Shown here: positions 1-9,327 of the stretch, one piece after another
How positions within the stretch are numbered: the first letter of the stretch is position 1
Layout: each line of letters opens with the position of its first letter
Source: a phage
Sequence record: PZ386957.1
Length of the DNA stretch: 64,000 nucleotides
Reading direction: 5' to 3' (one strand)
Translations under genes and position numbers: made by a program
The notes under the pieces: generated by a model
Told to the model about the DNA's origin: nothing
What the model saw: the letters and a program-made list of their open reading frames with translations, nothing else
Databases searched by the model: none

Positions 1-53
1 CGGAATATAGATTGATTAAGGTATACAATTCTAACTCCGGCTGCGTTACTCTG

Positions 54-1751
54 TCAAATGTTAACATTCATTTCAGTGAATCGCCCACGTTTAACCATCT
101 TGAGATGACGGCTAAAATCATCAGGGTTATGGTCACGATGGCTGATAATATACACGTTATCATCTAACTTGTCAATGATGGAATCAAGTGCTTTTACGCC
201 TTGAACGTCCGTAGCCCCATCATAAATTTCGTCGAGTACCAACAAAGAAATATTAGTACCAGATACTTTACCAGCAACATCACGCCACGTAAAGAGCATC
301 GCAAGATCAATACGTGCTTTTTCGCCTTGACTGAATGATGTATACGAAAACGATTCACGCCCCCGTGATTTAATTGTTTCGTTAAACTCTTCATCTAACG
401 TAAAGATATAATCCGCTTCCATGATATCAAGATAATACGCAATCCGATCATTGAAATATGGAATATATTTCTTGACGATAGACGCCTTAACACCGGAATC
501 CTTCAACATTTCTGTCACAAATCCACGATGATATTTTTCAAGAACTAGCTTTGATTTTTCATTAGTGATCTCTACCAGTTCGTGTTCCAGTTTAGCAAGT
601 TCTTCGGAATTGTCAACCCTTTCTTTTTGCAATTCCTGCATTGCTTTCTGAATCTGTTTAGCACGACCTACAGATGCCGTTAAATTCGCTCTCTGCGACT
701 CTATAGCGCGTTTAATTTCCAAGACCTTAGTTTGTGCTGTCTGGAAAGAATTGGCTTTCTCTGCGTATTCTACGCGTTTCTCGTCAATCAGAGACAGTTT
801 ATGTTCCGCTTGTGCTTTTTGTTCGCGTACAGCTTGATCATTACCTTGAATGATCGGTTGTGTGCACGTAGGACAGACCCCGCCTTTCTCATGCATATGA
901 ATAACACGGTCAAAGTTCTGGATCTGCGCACCAATCTGTGCGATAGCCGTATTAATTTTAGCCAATGCCGCGCTAGGATCTTCCGGCATAACAACAGCCA
1001 ATAGCTCATCGGTCAAGCGAGTTTCTTCGGCTTTAAATGCTTTAGCCGATTCTACCTCTTTATCATACATATTCTGTAAACGCTGGAGATTCTCGGCACT
1101 CGCCTTGCCAGCGTCTTCTATGTACTTTTTATGAGTGTTGATTTGTTGCTGAACGTGATTAGCTTTCATTTCCTGCATTTGGATATTCTGGGTTATCTCG
1201 CGCACATACGCTTTATTCAGTTTATCCATTTCGCCTAGCGTAGCAATATCAAGCAAATCCTCGACCAGTTTACGGCGACCCGCTGCCGGAAGACTCATAA
1301 ACGGAACATAACCAGCAGTGCCTAAAACAACGATCTGTTTAAAGCTGGCTAGGTTCATGCCTATGATACCTTCAAAATATTCCTGAAAGTCTTTGGTGCT
1401 TGCGCTCTCGTCGATCTTTTGACCGTCGCGATGCACTTCGAATACTTCCGGTTTTTGACCACGTTTGATGTAAAACTCTTTCCCGTCCAGTTCAAACCAG
1501 ACTTCGACTAACAGTTTCTTTTTGTTGACGCTGTTAATCAATTGGCCTTTCTTGATACTACGAAACGGTTTACCGAACAACACAAAGCAAAGCGCCTCGA
1601 TCATTGTTGATTTACCAGCACCGTTAACACCAGTGATTAGTGTCTTTTTGAATCCGTCTAGCTGAATCTCAACAGGTTCAGCACCCACGCTCATTATATT
1701 TTGATAGCGCAAGGTTTTAAAATTTAACTTTGCCATTAATCCACTCCGCAA
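54..1751 (-). CDS. 46: Recombination endonuclease subunit gp46 (SbcC/Rad50-like ATPase)
   Basis: 565 aa; N-terminal Walker A GVNGAGKST; long coiled-coil middle with CPTC zinc hook-like motif; adjacent to gp47 as in T4. Confidence 0.9.
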   Translation of the reverse strand: MRSGLMAKLNFKTLRYQNIMSVGAEPVEIQLDGFKKTLITGVNGAGKSTMIEALCFVLFGKPFRSIKKGQLINSVNKKKLLVEVWFELDGKEFYIKRGQKPEVFEVHRDGQKIDESASTKDFQEYFEGIIGMNLASFKQIVVLGTAGYVPFMSLPAAGRRKLVEDLLDIATLGEMDKLNKAYVREITQNIQMQEMKANHVQQQINTHKKYIEDAGKASAENLQRLQNMYDKEVESAKAFKAEETRLTDELLAVVMPEDPSAALAKINTAIAQIGAQIQNFDRVIHMHEKGGVCPTCTQPIIQGNDQAVREQKAQAEHKLSLIDEKRVEYAEKANSFQTAQTKVLEIKRAIESQRANLTASVGRAKQIQKAMQELQKERVDNSEELAKLEHELVEITNEKSKLVLEKYHRGFVTEMLKDSGVKASIVKKYIPYFNDRIAYYLDIMEADYIFTLDEEFNETIKSRGRESFSYTSFSQGEKARIDLAMLFTWRDVAGKVSGTNISLLVLDEIYDGATDVQGVKALDSIIDKLDDNVYIISHRDHNPDDFSRHLKMVKRGRFTEMNVNI

Positions 1752-1980
1752 TCACACATTCCATAATATTAAATGCTAACACATCTTCATCAATGTTGTA
1801 AACACTTGCCGCCTTCACTTTAACTAATGTGTCTCTGCGATCTGGCAGCATGATCACATAATCCAGTGTCGCAGGGTCATATGTCATAAAGGGATCAATG
1901 TAAATCCCTTTATTCAATGCCAGATATTCGCGAAGACCTTCTATAACCCTGTGTCTAAGGTAGGTCATCGATAGAATCAT
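1717..1980 (-). CDS. Hypothetical protein
   Basis: 87-aa minus-strand ORF tiling between flanking genes; no recognisable motif. Confidence 0.45.
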   Translation of the reverse strand: MILSMTYLRHRVIEGLREYLALNKGIYIDPFMTYDPATLDYVIMLPDRRDTLVKVKAASVYNIDEDVLAFNIMECVIAEWINGKVKF

Positions 1981-2561
1981 TTTAGTTTATGTTCCTCTAA
2001 AAATTCTTCAATTTCACCTTGCAGGTCTTCCGCTTGCTGTTCCAGAATATCGCGAAACTCACCTACACTCAAGCGGTAATCACATTTCACCAGTCGATGC
2101 GGGAGAATATACCCTTTATACATCGTCTCTGACGCTTCCAGGAATACCCCGCTATGCATAACAGAGATCCACCCTGTTAACGTCAAAGGTGTATTCGGAA
2201 AATAATATTTGCTGGATTGTTTCCACTGGACGAAAGCACCATATACAATCGGATTATATTCACCGACAACACTCTTAATAATGGATTCTACCCTGTCTTT
2301 TACAAAGTCGCCAATGTCCATAGTCACCATCAACTCTTGTGGGTGAATCACTTTAAGGTAACGACGATAATCATCATCATAGTACAGCTTAACCACTGGT
2401 CCACCCCACATAGACGAAATATTCGCTTTCAGATATCCATAAATCGGATTCTTATCATAGGATTGTTTTAGCGTGTAGTTATGCAACAGCGTAATAAAAT
2501 GTTGCATCACCTCAACCGCGCCCGTAATCGTATTCATAATATGTCCCCCTTTCAATTTCAT
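1977..2561 (-). CDS. Hypothetical protein
   Basis: 194-aa ORF, start overlaps stop of upstream gene (coupled); no motif recognised. Confidence 0.55.
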   Translation of the reverse strand: MKLKGGHIMNTITGAVEVMQHFITLLHNYTLKQSYDKNPIYGYLKANISSMWGGPVVKLYYDDDYRRYLKVIHPQELMVTMDIGDFVKDRVESIIKSVVGEYNPIVYGAFVQWKQSSKYYFPNTPLTLTGWISVMHSGVFLEASETMYKGYILPHRLVKCDYRLSVGEFRDILEQQAEDLQGEIEEFLEEHKLK

Positions 2562-2856
2562 ATTGTTTCAGGTCTTCTAAAAGCTCATCCATTGCTTGTT
2601 TCAGCACATGACGCAGAGTAAAGTAATAGCTTTCATCAAATTCTATTTCCGCGCGAGGGATAGAGCGAATCTTACACTTAACGGTAGTATCAGTGAGTCG
2701 CTTTTCGACCATCATCCGAACTTCTTCATGCTCTTTGGAATACCATACATCAACGGAGATCCCCTTACGTCGAGCAAACATAGGCAAAGCTGCATTAAAT
2801 TCTACTACTTTTTGTGCAAGTGTTTTCATTTTACATACTCCACGATTCACGGGCAA
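2512..2856 (-). CDS. Hypothetical protein
   Basis: 114-aa ORF; true start probably the internal Met (MKTLAQ) near 2832. Confidence 0.5.
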   Translation of the reverse strand: MPVNRGVCKMKTLAQKVVEFNAALPMFARRKGISVDVWYSKEHEEVRMMVEKRLTDTTVKCKIRSIPRAEIEFDESYYFTLRHVLKQAMDELLEDLKQYEIERGTYYEYDYGRG

Positions 2857-3094
2857 TCACATTCTGGGTAATATCAGCAATCTTACGGGATACGATGTTT
2901 GTTAGCCCCTCTTTGGTGATATTTTCACGATCAAATGGGATTTCGTCATGAGTCCATAACCCAGAGTTAGACCGAAATGATAGCATATACTGACCATCTC
3001 GTACAACCTCAAATACATGGATCTTAGTGAACTTCGCTAAACCTTCGTTGATTTTGTTCAGTGCATCAGTAATCATAATATAACCTCCAATCAA
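2831..3094 (-). CDS. Hypothetical protein
   Basis: 87-aa ORF directly downstream of a promoter/stem-loop module at 3104-3132. Confidence 0.5.
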   Translation of the reverse strand: MIGGYIMITDALNKINEGLAKFTKIHVFEVVRDGQYMLSFRSNSGLWTHDEIPFDRENITKEGLTNIVSRKIADITQNVIARESWSM

Positions 3095-3103
3095 TTTTTA
3101 GAG

Positions 3104-3132
3104 AGTATAACGGGGATTTCTCCCCGCGTCAA
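3104..3132 (-). promoter_or_regulatory. Sigma70-like promoter, TTGACG-17-TATACT, spacer is inverted repeat CGGGGAGAAATCCCCG
   Basis: Read on minus strand directly after the gp47 stop; followed by RBS GGAGG and ATG of 2831-3094. Confidence 0.6.
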
Positions 3133-4158
3133 CTAATTTTTTGCGCTATTTACTTCGGCTAAAAGTTCATCAGAAATACGCTTGACCGCCGCAAGTTCTT
3201 CCGGTTCTAGGTTTTGTTCTTCCAGATATTCATAGACCATCTGAATAGTGCTTTTAACCTCAATAACACCAGTTTCCTGTGATGCGCTACTCTCCAGCTT
3301 ATGGACCACTTTTAGCTTGTGTACAACGGCCTCTAACGCGCTTTCTAACTTAGTTAACCCATTATCAGCGACCGTTGCGATAAGACGCACACTAAGCCCC
3401 TTATAGCGTTCTACATCGATTTTATCATCTGACGGGTAAGTGATACGCACATGATAAGTTTTGTCGTTCTGGATAAACTCTTTTTTGTGTGTATCGGTAT
3501 CAAATACCCAAAAACCACGCGGATCATTTTCGTCACCAGCCGTTAGTGTGTATGGTGTACCGATATACGTTACGTTACCGCCATCACTGATAGTATGAAA
3601 GTGACCAGAAAACACTTCACGGTATTTCTTGAGGAAGTCCGCGCTATAACCTTCGGATTTTAACCCTTTATAGAAATAGTAACCGGACAATTCCCAATGA
3701 CCTACACAATATTCGCTAAATGAATTTTGAATAAACTCTAAAACCTCGGATTTATTGTCATCACAAAACCACGGGAACAGGTCGAATGATACCCCGTCAA
3801 AGCTAACGGTTTCCGGCTTATCAATGACCTTAATGCAATCATACTGGCTTAACACTTCACGCGGTGCGTTAGGCTGGATCTTGTTTCGTTTAAACATATC
3901 ATGATTGCCTACCGTGATATAACAGGTGATTCCTGCCTCTTCCAGTAATGGGATGACCTTAGTACGGTTAAATTTCATGGTTTCATGAGTTATCGCCTTG
4001 CGGCAATCAAACCAATCCCCTGTCTGAATCCATGTCTTAATATCATGTTCTTTTGAGTATTCAACCGCTTTCTTGATGGTATCAAGAATATAATCATGTA
4101 CCCACGGATCATCGCCACCGATACCAGTATGCAGATCACCCAAAAGCAAAATTTTCAT
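3133..4158 (-). CDS. 47: Recombination endonuclease subunit gp47 (SbcD/Mre11-like phosphoesterase)
   Basis: 341 aa; calcineurin-like motifs LGDLHTG, TGDWFD, GNHDMF; T4 gp47 is about 339 aa. Confidence 0.9.
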   Translation of the reverse strand: MKILLLGDLHTGIGGDDPWVHDYILDTIKKAVEYSKEHDIKTWIQTGDWFDCRKAITHETMKFNRTKVIPLLEEAGITCYITVGNHDMFKRNKIQPNAPREVLSQYDCIKVIDKPETVSFDGVSFDLFPWFCDDNKSEVLEFIQNSFSEYCVGHWELSGYYFYKGLKSEGYSADFLKKYREVFSGHFHTISDGGNVTYIGTPYTLTAGDENDPRGFWVFDTDTHKKEFIQNDKTYHVRITYPSDDKIDVERYKGLSVRLIATVADNGLTKLESALEAVVHKLKVVHKLESSASQETGVIEVKSTIQMVYEYLEEQNLEPEELAAVKRISDELLAEVNSAKN

Positions 4159-4197
4159 AGTCTCTTCCTCTCTTCGTTTTCGATGCTCTCACTATAT

Positions 4198-4226
4198 CAT
4201 AGAAAAATAAAAAGGGAAACCCCTTT
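4198..4226 (-). terminator. Putative intrinsic terminator (weak stem)
   Basis: Hairpin AAAGGG-GTTT-CCCTTT followed by TTATTTTT on minus strand. Confidence 0.4.
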
Positions 4227-4248
4227 CAGAGTCTCCCTTATAAAGCCA

Positions 4249-4536
4249 TTACAGCATACTTAATACCGTTTGACGTGTACTAACCCACATAGCGGAAAGC
4301 AGTTCTGGAGTGTGTGGCTGTTTGTAGATATCACGTAATTTTCCGATAGCGTAGATATACGCATCACGGTTATCATCGATGATAGCTTGTTCAGCCCACC
4401 GCTTAAGGCGTGCAATCTCTCGCGAGTTCTTACGCAAGATCTTTTCCGCTTTCTTAGCGGCTTTCGCCTCTAGTTCTGCTTGTACTTTGTCTACTTCATT
4501 CACTACAATCTGGTCATGTTGTTCATCGTAAGTCAT
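4249..4536 (-). CDS. Hypothetical protein
   Basis: 95-aa ORF in the slot where T4 carries a-gt; charged/helical composition. Confidence 0.5.
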   Translation of the reverse strand: MTYDEQHDQIVVNEVDKVQAELEAKAAKKAEKILRKNSREIARLKRWAEQAIIDDNRDAYIYAIGKLRDIYKQPHTPELLSAMWVSTRQTVLSML

Positions 4537-4537
4537 A

Positions 4538-4771
4538 TTATTTTCCTTCTGGGATATAGTCGATGATTAAAGAAAATTCATCTTCTGATACATTATAGCT
4601 ATGTGAGATTGTACCCGTCAAGACCTCAAGATCCGGTGACTTGATATTACACGGATCGATAATCACCGGAACGCCGCAATCTCTCAAAAATAATTTGGCG
4701 AAATACGGCACAAGGTCAGTTTCAAACTCTGCTTCTTCCAGCAAACGGGAAATATTAATTTTCAATCTCAT
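4538..4771 (-). CDS. Hypothetical protein
   Basis: 77-aa ORF between previous ORF and gene 55. Confidence 0.45.
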   Translation of the reverse strand: MRLKINISRLLEEAEFETDLVPYFAKLFLRDCGVPVIIDPCNIKSPDLEVLTGTISHSYNVSEDEFSLIIDYIPEGK

Positions 4772-5288
4772 AGAATTGGTCCAGGCTAGGCAATTCCTCG
4801 GTCAATACATCTTCAACCTTCGGCGCTTTCGGCTTATTGACCGATTCCTCGTAATTGTTGATCTTATCGTAAATGTCCTGAATGAATGCCTCATCAGCAA
4901 TCTGGCACATATCAGCGTCGCGTTCGTCATATACATGATGCACAAAATACTTATATTTTGCGGCTGTCGCTGTTCTTTCTTTTTTAATGCGCTGTACAAA
5001 GGCATTAAAGCACGCTTGCGTAATGTAAGCATGAGGATTTTTATACTTTGTCTCGTCAAAATTAATCAAACCTTTGACCGCCGCTTCGATTCCATCGTCG
5101 ATCATTTCTTCGCGCCATGTTTGACTATAACCAGAAAAGTTAAAACGCCGTGATAGATTTTTAGAGATTTGCATAATTGCTAGACCGATTTGATCGCTCA
5201 TTGGAACTTGTCGACCTTCGGCTGCAATTCGCTGTTTCCAACGACAAATTTCTTCGTAAAGTTCTTTATTGTTTACATAATCAGACAC
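4755..5288 (-). CDS. 55: Late-transcription sigma factor gp55
   Basis: 177 aa; size, position after 47 and sequence character match T4 gp55 (185 aa). Confidence 0.8.
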   Translation of the reverse strand: MSDYVNNKELYEEICRWKQRIAAEGRQVPMSDQIGLAIMQISKNLSRRFNFSGYSQTWREEMIDDGIEAAVKGLINFDETKYKNPHAYITQACFNAFVQRIKKERTATAAKYKYFVHHVYDERDADMCQIADEAFIQDIYDKINNYEESVNKPKAPKVEDVLTEELPSLDQFYEIEN

Positions 5289-5328
5289 TTCGCACCCTCG
5301 CTATTATTTAGGAAATAACCCTTTCGGG

Positions 5329-6801
5329 CTATCTCCATTCTCGTTTATATTTGCGGTCTTTATCAATCCACTGTTGCACCATCTCTATTGATTCAGGATC
5401 ATTTTCATCAAGGGTAAACCCTTTCTTCTTCATGCGGTATTTGAAACCATCAAATCTTTTAGCCTCATCACTGGTCATATTATGTTTCTTTTTAAATGAT
5501 TGCTTACTCTTACGTTGACCACAATCAAGCTGAATCATTTTATCAGTGATAATTTTTGCATTAGGGAAAAATTCTTTGATGTATTCAGCCAAAGGCCAAT
5601 CAGGAACATAGAGATTTACTTCCTGTGTTGATTCGTTATCACGCAAATTGCTACGGAGACACAACTGAAAAGCCGAATCAAGATAATCGGTTAAATGACG
5701 CGCATCAACAAAATCATTGACAGGAAGATCACAACTACGTGCTAATCCGCGAAGAATATCAATTTCCCACGGACGAGCGTTATAGCTATACAATACCGCA
5801 ACATTAGTATGATGTATATAATAGTTAAGACCATGTGGACCATATGATAAGCGAACACCTTTACCGCGTGTTGCGTATTCACGGTCTTTGTTTACTGTAT
5901 AGATGAAATTATCACCACATTCATTTATAACCAGGTCAATCATCTTTTCAAATGTACCATTAACCTTAGATTGATTTCGTGACCATCTCTCGGAATCGGT
6001 CATCAAAATGATGTTAACCCGGTGAGTATTCTTATACTCAGTAAAATACAATCTAGATCTTAACTCACTTTCGACAAATTCGCAACCAACATAATGTTTA
6101 AGATACTTCCCGCTATATGTTCGTTCCAGTTCAGCACTTGCTATAGTGACTTTCTTGAAATTTTCCCATACATGATGCTTTGTGTCGTTCAGGAAAATAA
6201 CCCGTGATCCATTTTCTCGATGGCCATCATTATGCTTCACCATAACGCGAATCTTACTATTCAATAACGCTCCATAAAGCGATGTAAGCGCACTATCGAT
6301 ATAATCTAACCCTTTCTTACCCTCATCTAGTTTTTGCTTGATATAGGGCGTTTCAGAAGGTTTTAGAATTAATTCCTGCATATCTTCCGATTTATCGGCT
6401 ATTGGTTCGCAATATTTCAGAATCATACCCAAATTAGATTTAAGTGCGCATTCTTCAAACTCAACCAATTTAGGAACTTCGTCAATATAAAGGCTATAAT
6501 CATTGAATAGCTTAGAAGGTTCCAGCGAGGCAAGCGCGTTATGTGTAATAAACAACACATCAATATCATCTCTAAGAGATTGAATAATAGACGCTTGCAC
6601 TGTCATGTAACTTTTTAGTTTGCTGTCACTATCAATCAAGACAGCACGACCGCCTAACTTCATAAACTTATTGTAAGATTGTTCACTTAAAACACGCGTT
6701 GGTGAAGCAATAACCGCTTTTTCTTTTGTCTCTAGGACGTGGGAAAGAATTGCGTCAGTCTTCCCCGCTGCTGGTAATGCGATTAATGTTTCAATTTTCA
6801 T
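5329..6801 (-). CDS. P-loop NTPase of unknown function (helicase-like N-terminus, basic C-terminal tail)
   Basis: 490 aa; N-terminal Walker A-like LPAAGKTDA, Walker B-like LYIDE; Lys/Arg-rich C-terminus. Confidence 0.6.
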   Translation of the reverse strand: MKIETLIALPAAGKTDAILSHVLETKEKAVIASPTRVLSEQSYNKFMKLGGRAVLIDSDSKLKSYMTVQASIIQSLRDDIDVLFITHNALASLEPSKLFNDYSLYIDEVPKLVEFEECALKSNLGMILKYCEPIADKSEDMQELILKPSETPYIKQKLDEGKKGLDYIDSALTSLYGALLNSKIRVMVKHNDGHRENGSRVIFLNDTKHHVWENFKKVTIASAELERTYSGKYLKHYVGCEFVESELRSRLYFTEYKNTHRVNIILMTDSERWSRNQSKVNGTFEKMIDLVINECGDNFIYTVNKDREYATRGKGVRLSYGPHGLNYYIHHTNVAVLYSYNARPWEIDILRGLARSCDLPVNDFVDARHLTDYLDSAFQLCLRSNLRDNESTQEVNLYVPDWPLAEYIKEFFPNAKIITDKMIQLDCGQRKSKQSFKKKHNMTSDEAKRFDGFKYRMKKKGFTLDENDPESIEMVQQWIDKDRKYKREWR

Positions 6802-7106
6802 TAGAAACCCTTACGTCGTGCTTTCTGGCATTTCTTGATCGCCTTATCCGAAATTTCACGTTTCGGGGCGATCTCTTTAACGCCAAATGCTTTCACTCCA
6901 AATTCAGAAAGAATATATTCTACCATCAATTCACGCACACGCGCTTTACCGATATTCACACCATTATTTTTCAGATATTGCTGGCCTTCTACTTGCATAA
7001 GGTCCAGATCTGCATCAGTGATATTAATCTCTTCCATGCGTCCAAATCGAGAGTAAACCATGTGTGCGATTGCATTGTGTACTAACATAATATATTCCTC
7101 ACTCAA
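6801..7106 (-). CDS. Hypothetical protein
   Basis: 101-aa ORF with basic C-terminal tail. Confidence 0.5.
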   Translation of the reverse strand: MSEEYIMLVHNAIAHMVYSRFGRMEEINITDADLDLMQVEGQQYLKNNGVNIGKARVRELMVEYILSEFGVKAFGVKEIAPKREISDKAIKKCQKARRKGF

Positions 7107-7109
7107 GAA

Positions 7110-7217
7110 TTACTTAATGATACTTACTTTACCAGATCCGTGACAATGAGCGCAACACCCATCACCACGCAATCCTGTTCCGTTACAGTGTTTACACTTC
7201 TTCAAAGGTAAAGCCAT
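7110..7217 (-). CDS. Small zinc-ribbon protein (35 aa)
   Basis: Hand-translated MALPLKKCKHCNGTGLRGDGCCAHCHGSGKVSIIK; CxxC...CxxC pattern; below the 60-aa track cutoff. Confidence 0.45.
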   Translation of the reverse strand: MALPLKKCKHCNGTGLRGDGCCAHCHGSGKVSIIK

Positions 7218-7257
7218 TATGGCAAATAAAGCAATAATGAACACCGAAACTAAATTC

Positions 7258-7527
7258 TCAATAATCATAAATCGCCCTCAGTTCTTTATAGCCTCCAATG
7301 TGCTCGTTGTCAATGAATATCTGGGGGTATACAAATCGGAGGCTGTCTTTACCCAACCTCCCCGCCAGTTCTTCAATCATATCACGGTCGGGAATAATGT
7401 CAACCCCGACCTGCTTGAATACTGGTTTAAGTGTATACGGAATACCCAGATCATCCAGTAGCTTCATTGCACTAATACAACCATAACAATGATAAGCCTC
7501 TTTCGGTATACCGTATATCTCGATCAT
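7258..7527 (-). CDS. nrdH: Glutaredoxin-like protein (NrdH-like)
   Basis: 89 aa; CYGC redox motif near N-terminus; YPQIF...HIGGY glutaredoxin fold signature; T4 nrdH position. Confidence 0.75.
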   Translation of the reverse strand: MIEIYGIPKEAYHCYGCISAMKLLDDLGIPYTLKPVFKQVGVDIIPDRDMIEELAGRLGKDSLRFVYPQIFIDNEHIGGYKELRAIYDY

Positions 7528-8024
7528 TTCTCAGCCTTTAATCTTTCCAGTTCTTCTTCCAGTTCCTTGATGCGTTGTTCTCGTTCAAAATCACGCTGTA
7601 ACTTAGTGGCGAATACTCGTTTAAACTGATTGTAATCATCGATTTTAAACACTTCTTCTTCGCCATAGCGACGTACAGAAACTTCGTAGTTATTGAAGAA
7701 TTGTTGCATCATTGCTTCGGATGATAGTTCTGCTGATACTACTTTAAAATATTGATCTTCTGTAGGCGAAAACCAATTGCAAGCATAAAGATAAACCTTT
7801 TCATTGTCTGGACACTGGTAAGCCTTACCATCGATTTCAATCACAGAAACATATTCAGGTATAGTAGATGAATCAATAGCTAAGACTTTAAACTGACGGT
7901 CCCCGATAAACTCGGAGATCGCACGATTCGCATCACTGATCGCAAATGCTTTACGCGCTTGTTCGTTTTTCCACTGATAGGTCATGCCAACAACAAACAT
8001 ATTACCAACCTCGCTCTTTACCAA
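7524..8024 (-). CDS. Paralog-family protein (GKTY-WK module + C-terminal coiled coil)
   Basis: 166 aa; MTYQWKNEQARKAF module; C-terminal KELEEELERLKAEK. Confidence 0.6.
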   Translation of the reverse strand: MVKSEVGNMFVVGMTYQWKNEQARKAFAISDANRAISEFIGDRQFKVLAIDSSTIPEYVSVIEIDGKAYQCPDNEKVYLYACNWFSPTEDQYFKVVSAELSSEAMMQQFFNNYEVSVRRYGEEEVFKIDDYNQFKRVFATKLQRDFEREQRIKELEEELERLKAEK

Positions 8025-8835
8025 TCAAAAATTCAACTTCACGACGTTTAATGTCTTCTTGAAGGTCTTTAATCTTCTGGCGATCTTGCATGATTTCGTC
8101 CATTTTGTCAAGTGCTGCGATGAAATCATCGAAACGTTCAAAGGTTTTACCTTCATTTGCTTCGCCAAATTTAACCATTGTCAGGCCGTAACGACTACTA
8201 AACAGACGTTTCAACTGTCCAACGACCTTAGAATCATCGTTCACCTTTTCTTCTGGTTCTTTCACTGTTTCAACTTCACGAAAATATTTTCGTTCAAGCC
8301 CAACAAACCACACAGCATCAACATCATCATCAACACCCGCCGAATGAGGATTAAATGTTCCACAAGCATTATCATTATTGACGTCGATCATAGTAACGAA
8401 ACCAACAGAATCAACGGAAGATACCGTAAAAGTCTCATCTCCTATCCAATCAGCAATTTTACGGTTGATATTAGAACAGTGAGAAAACGTCACTTTTGCG
8501 TTTACATCTTTCCAAGTATAAGTTTTACCAACTTCCCATTTAGGAGGAACTTCTTCAACTTCACGAAAGAATTTTCTATCGAATGGACTAAAGAAATATG
8601 TTGATGTCCAAATGTCTTTTCCTGTAGCAGTTTTCGCCGTATGATAAACACCGTCTAGCTCTATTGCATCAATCCAACCGTTACCCTCGATCTCGATGAT
8701 GGTAAATGGCTTGTCACCAATAGCTACACTAATATCGCTGTTAAGTGGAGAAAGACAACCGTCTACGTTAGTAATAAACTCAGTTTTAGCGTTTTCGTCT
8801 TTCCAAGTGTAAGTTTTACCAATTTCCCATTTCAT
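8002..8835 (-). CDS. Paralog-family protein with two tandem GKTYTWKD modules
   Basis: 277 aa; WEIGKTYTWKDENAKTEF and WEVGKTYTWKDVNAKVTF, each followed by ERKFFREVE-type motif; coiled-coil tail. Confidence 0.6.
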   Translation of the reverse strand: MKWEIGKTYTWKDENAKTEFITNVDGCLSPLNSDISVAIGDKPFTIIEIEGNGWIDAIELDGVYHTAKTATGKDIWTSTYFFSPFDRKFFREVEEVPPKWEVGKTYTWKDVNAKVTFSHCSNINRKIADWIGDETFTVSSVDSVGFVTMIDVNNDNACGTFNPHSAGVDDDVDAVWFVGLERKYFREVETVKEPEEKVNDDSKVVGQLKRLFSSRYGLTMVKFGEANEGKTFERFDDFIAALDKMDEIMQDRQKIKDLQEDIKRREVEFLIGKERGW

Positions 8836-8847
8836 AATATAATCCTC

Positions 8848-9327
8848 TTAACCGATTTTATCAAGTTCGTTTAATGCTTTCTCTGCTTCCTGTATAGCTT
8901 GCACCCTTTCCGGCATTTTGTCAAGAAAATCTTTCAACTCTTCAAAACTGGAGATATGACGCAAGGCGTTAGCACCGATAGCCGCATGTGATTTGCATTC
9001 AAAGCGAATTTTATAATTATCCATCGCCAACTTGAGAAGATCAATTAGTTTAGATTCTTCTGGAATAATAATTTCTTCAAATCTGCTACGGTCATGATCC
9101 AGAAACCAACAAGATAGACCTACATCGGTTGAACTCATATAAGTTCCATCATGAAGATATACAGACCGCACGTATCCTTTTTTCGCATCAACCGACGCAA
9201 CTTTAAACGGTAATCTCAGATATTTCAAATAATCAACATCATACCATTTAAAAAATTGGTTTGCATCTTTTACATCTTTCCACGCATAGGTCTTACCAGC
9301 TTCCCATTTCATAATATCATCTCTCAT
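8848..9327 (-). CDS. Paralog-family protein (GKTY-WKD module)
   Basis: 159 aa; KWEAGKTYAWKDVKDANQF; coiled-coil tail. Confidence 0.6.
   Translation of the reverse strand: MRDDIMKWEAGKTYAWKDVKDANQFFKWYDVDYLKYLRLPFKVASVDAKKGYVRSVYLHDGTYMSSTDVGLSCWFLDHDRSRFEEIIIPEESKLIDLLKLAMDNYKIRFECKSHAAIGANALRHISSFEELKDFLDKMPERVQAIQEAEKALNELDKIG

Noticed and set aside
5329-6801. Assignment of the 490-aa protein as T4 alpha-glucosyltransferase or Dda helicase
   Set aside because: It sits on the wrong side of gene 55 for a-gt, has a P-loop (glycosyltransferases do not), and does not match the Dda motif pattern I recall; left as unknown P-loop NTPase.
7984-8604. Plus-strand ORFs embedded in minus-strand genes (for example 7984-8604, 4641-5153, 12514-12819, 27620-27886, 38258-38638)
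   Set aside because: Antisense to tiled minus-strand genes, lacking RBS/promoter context; translations are low-complexity.
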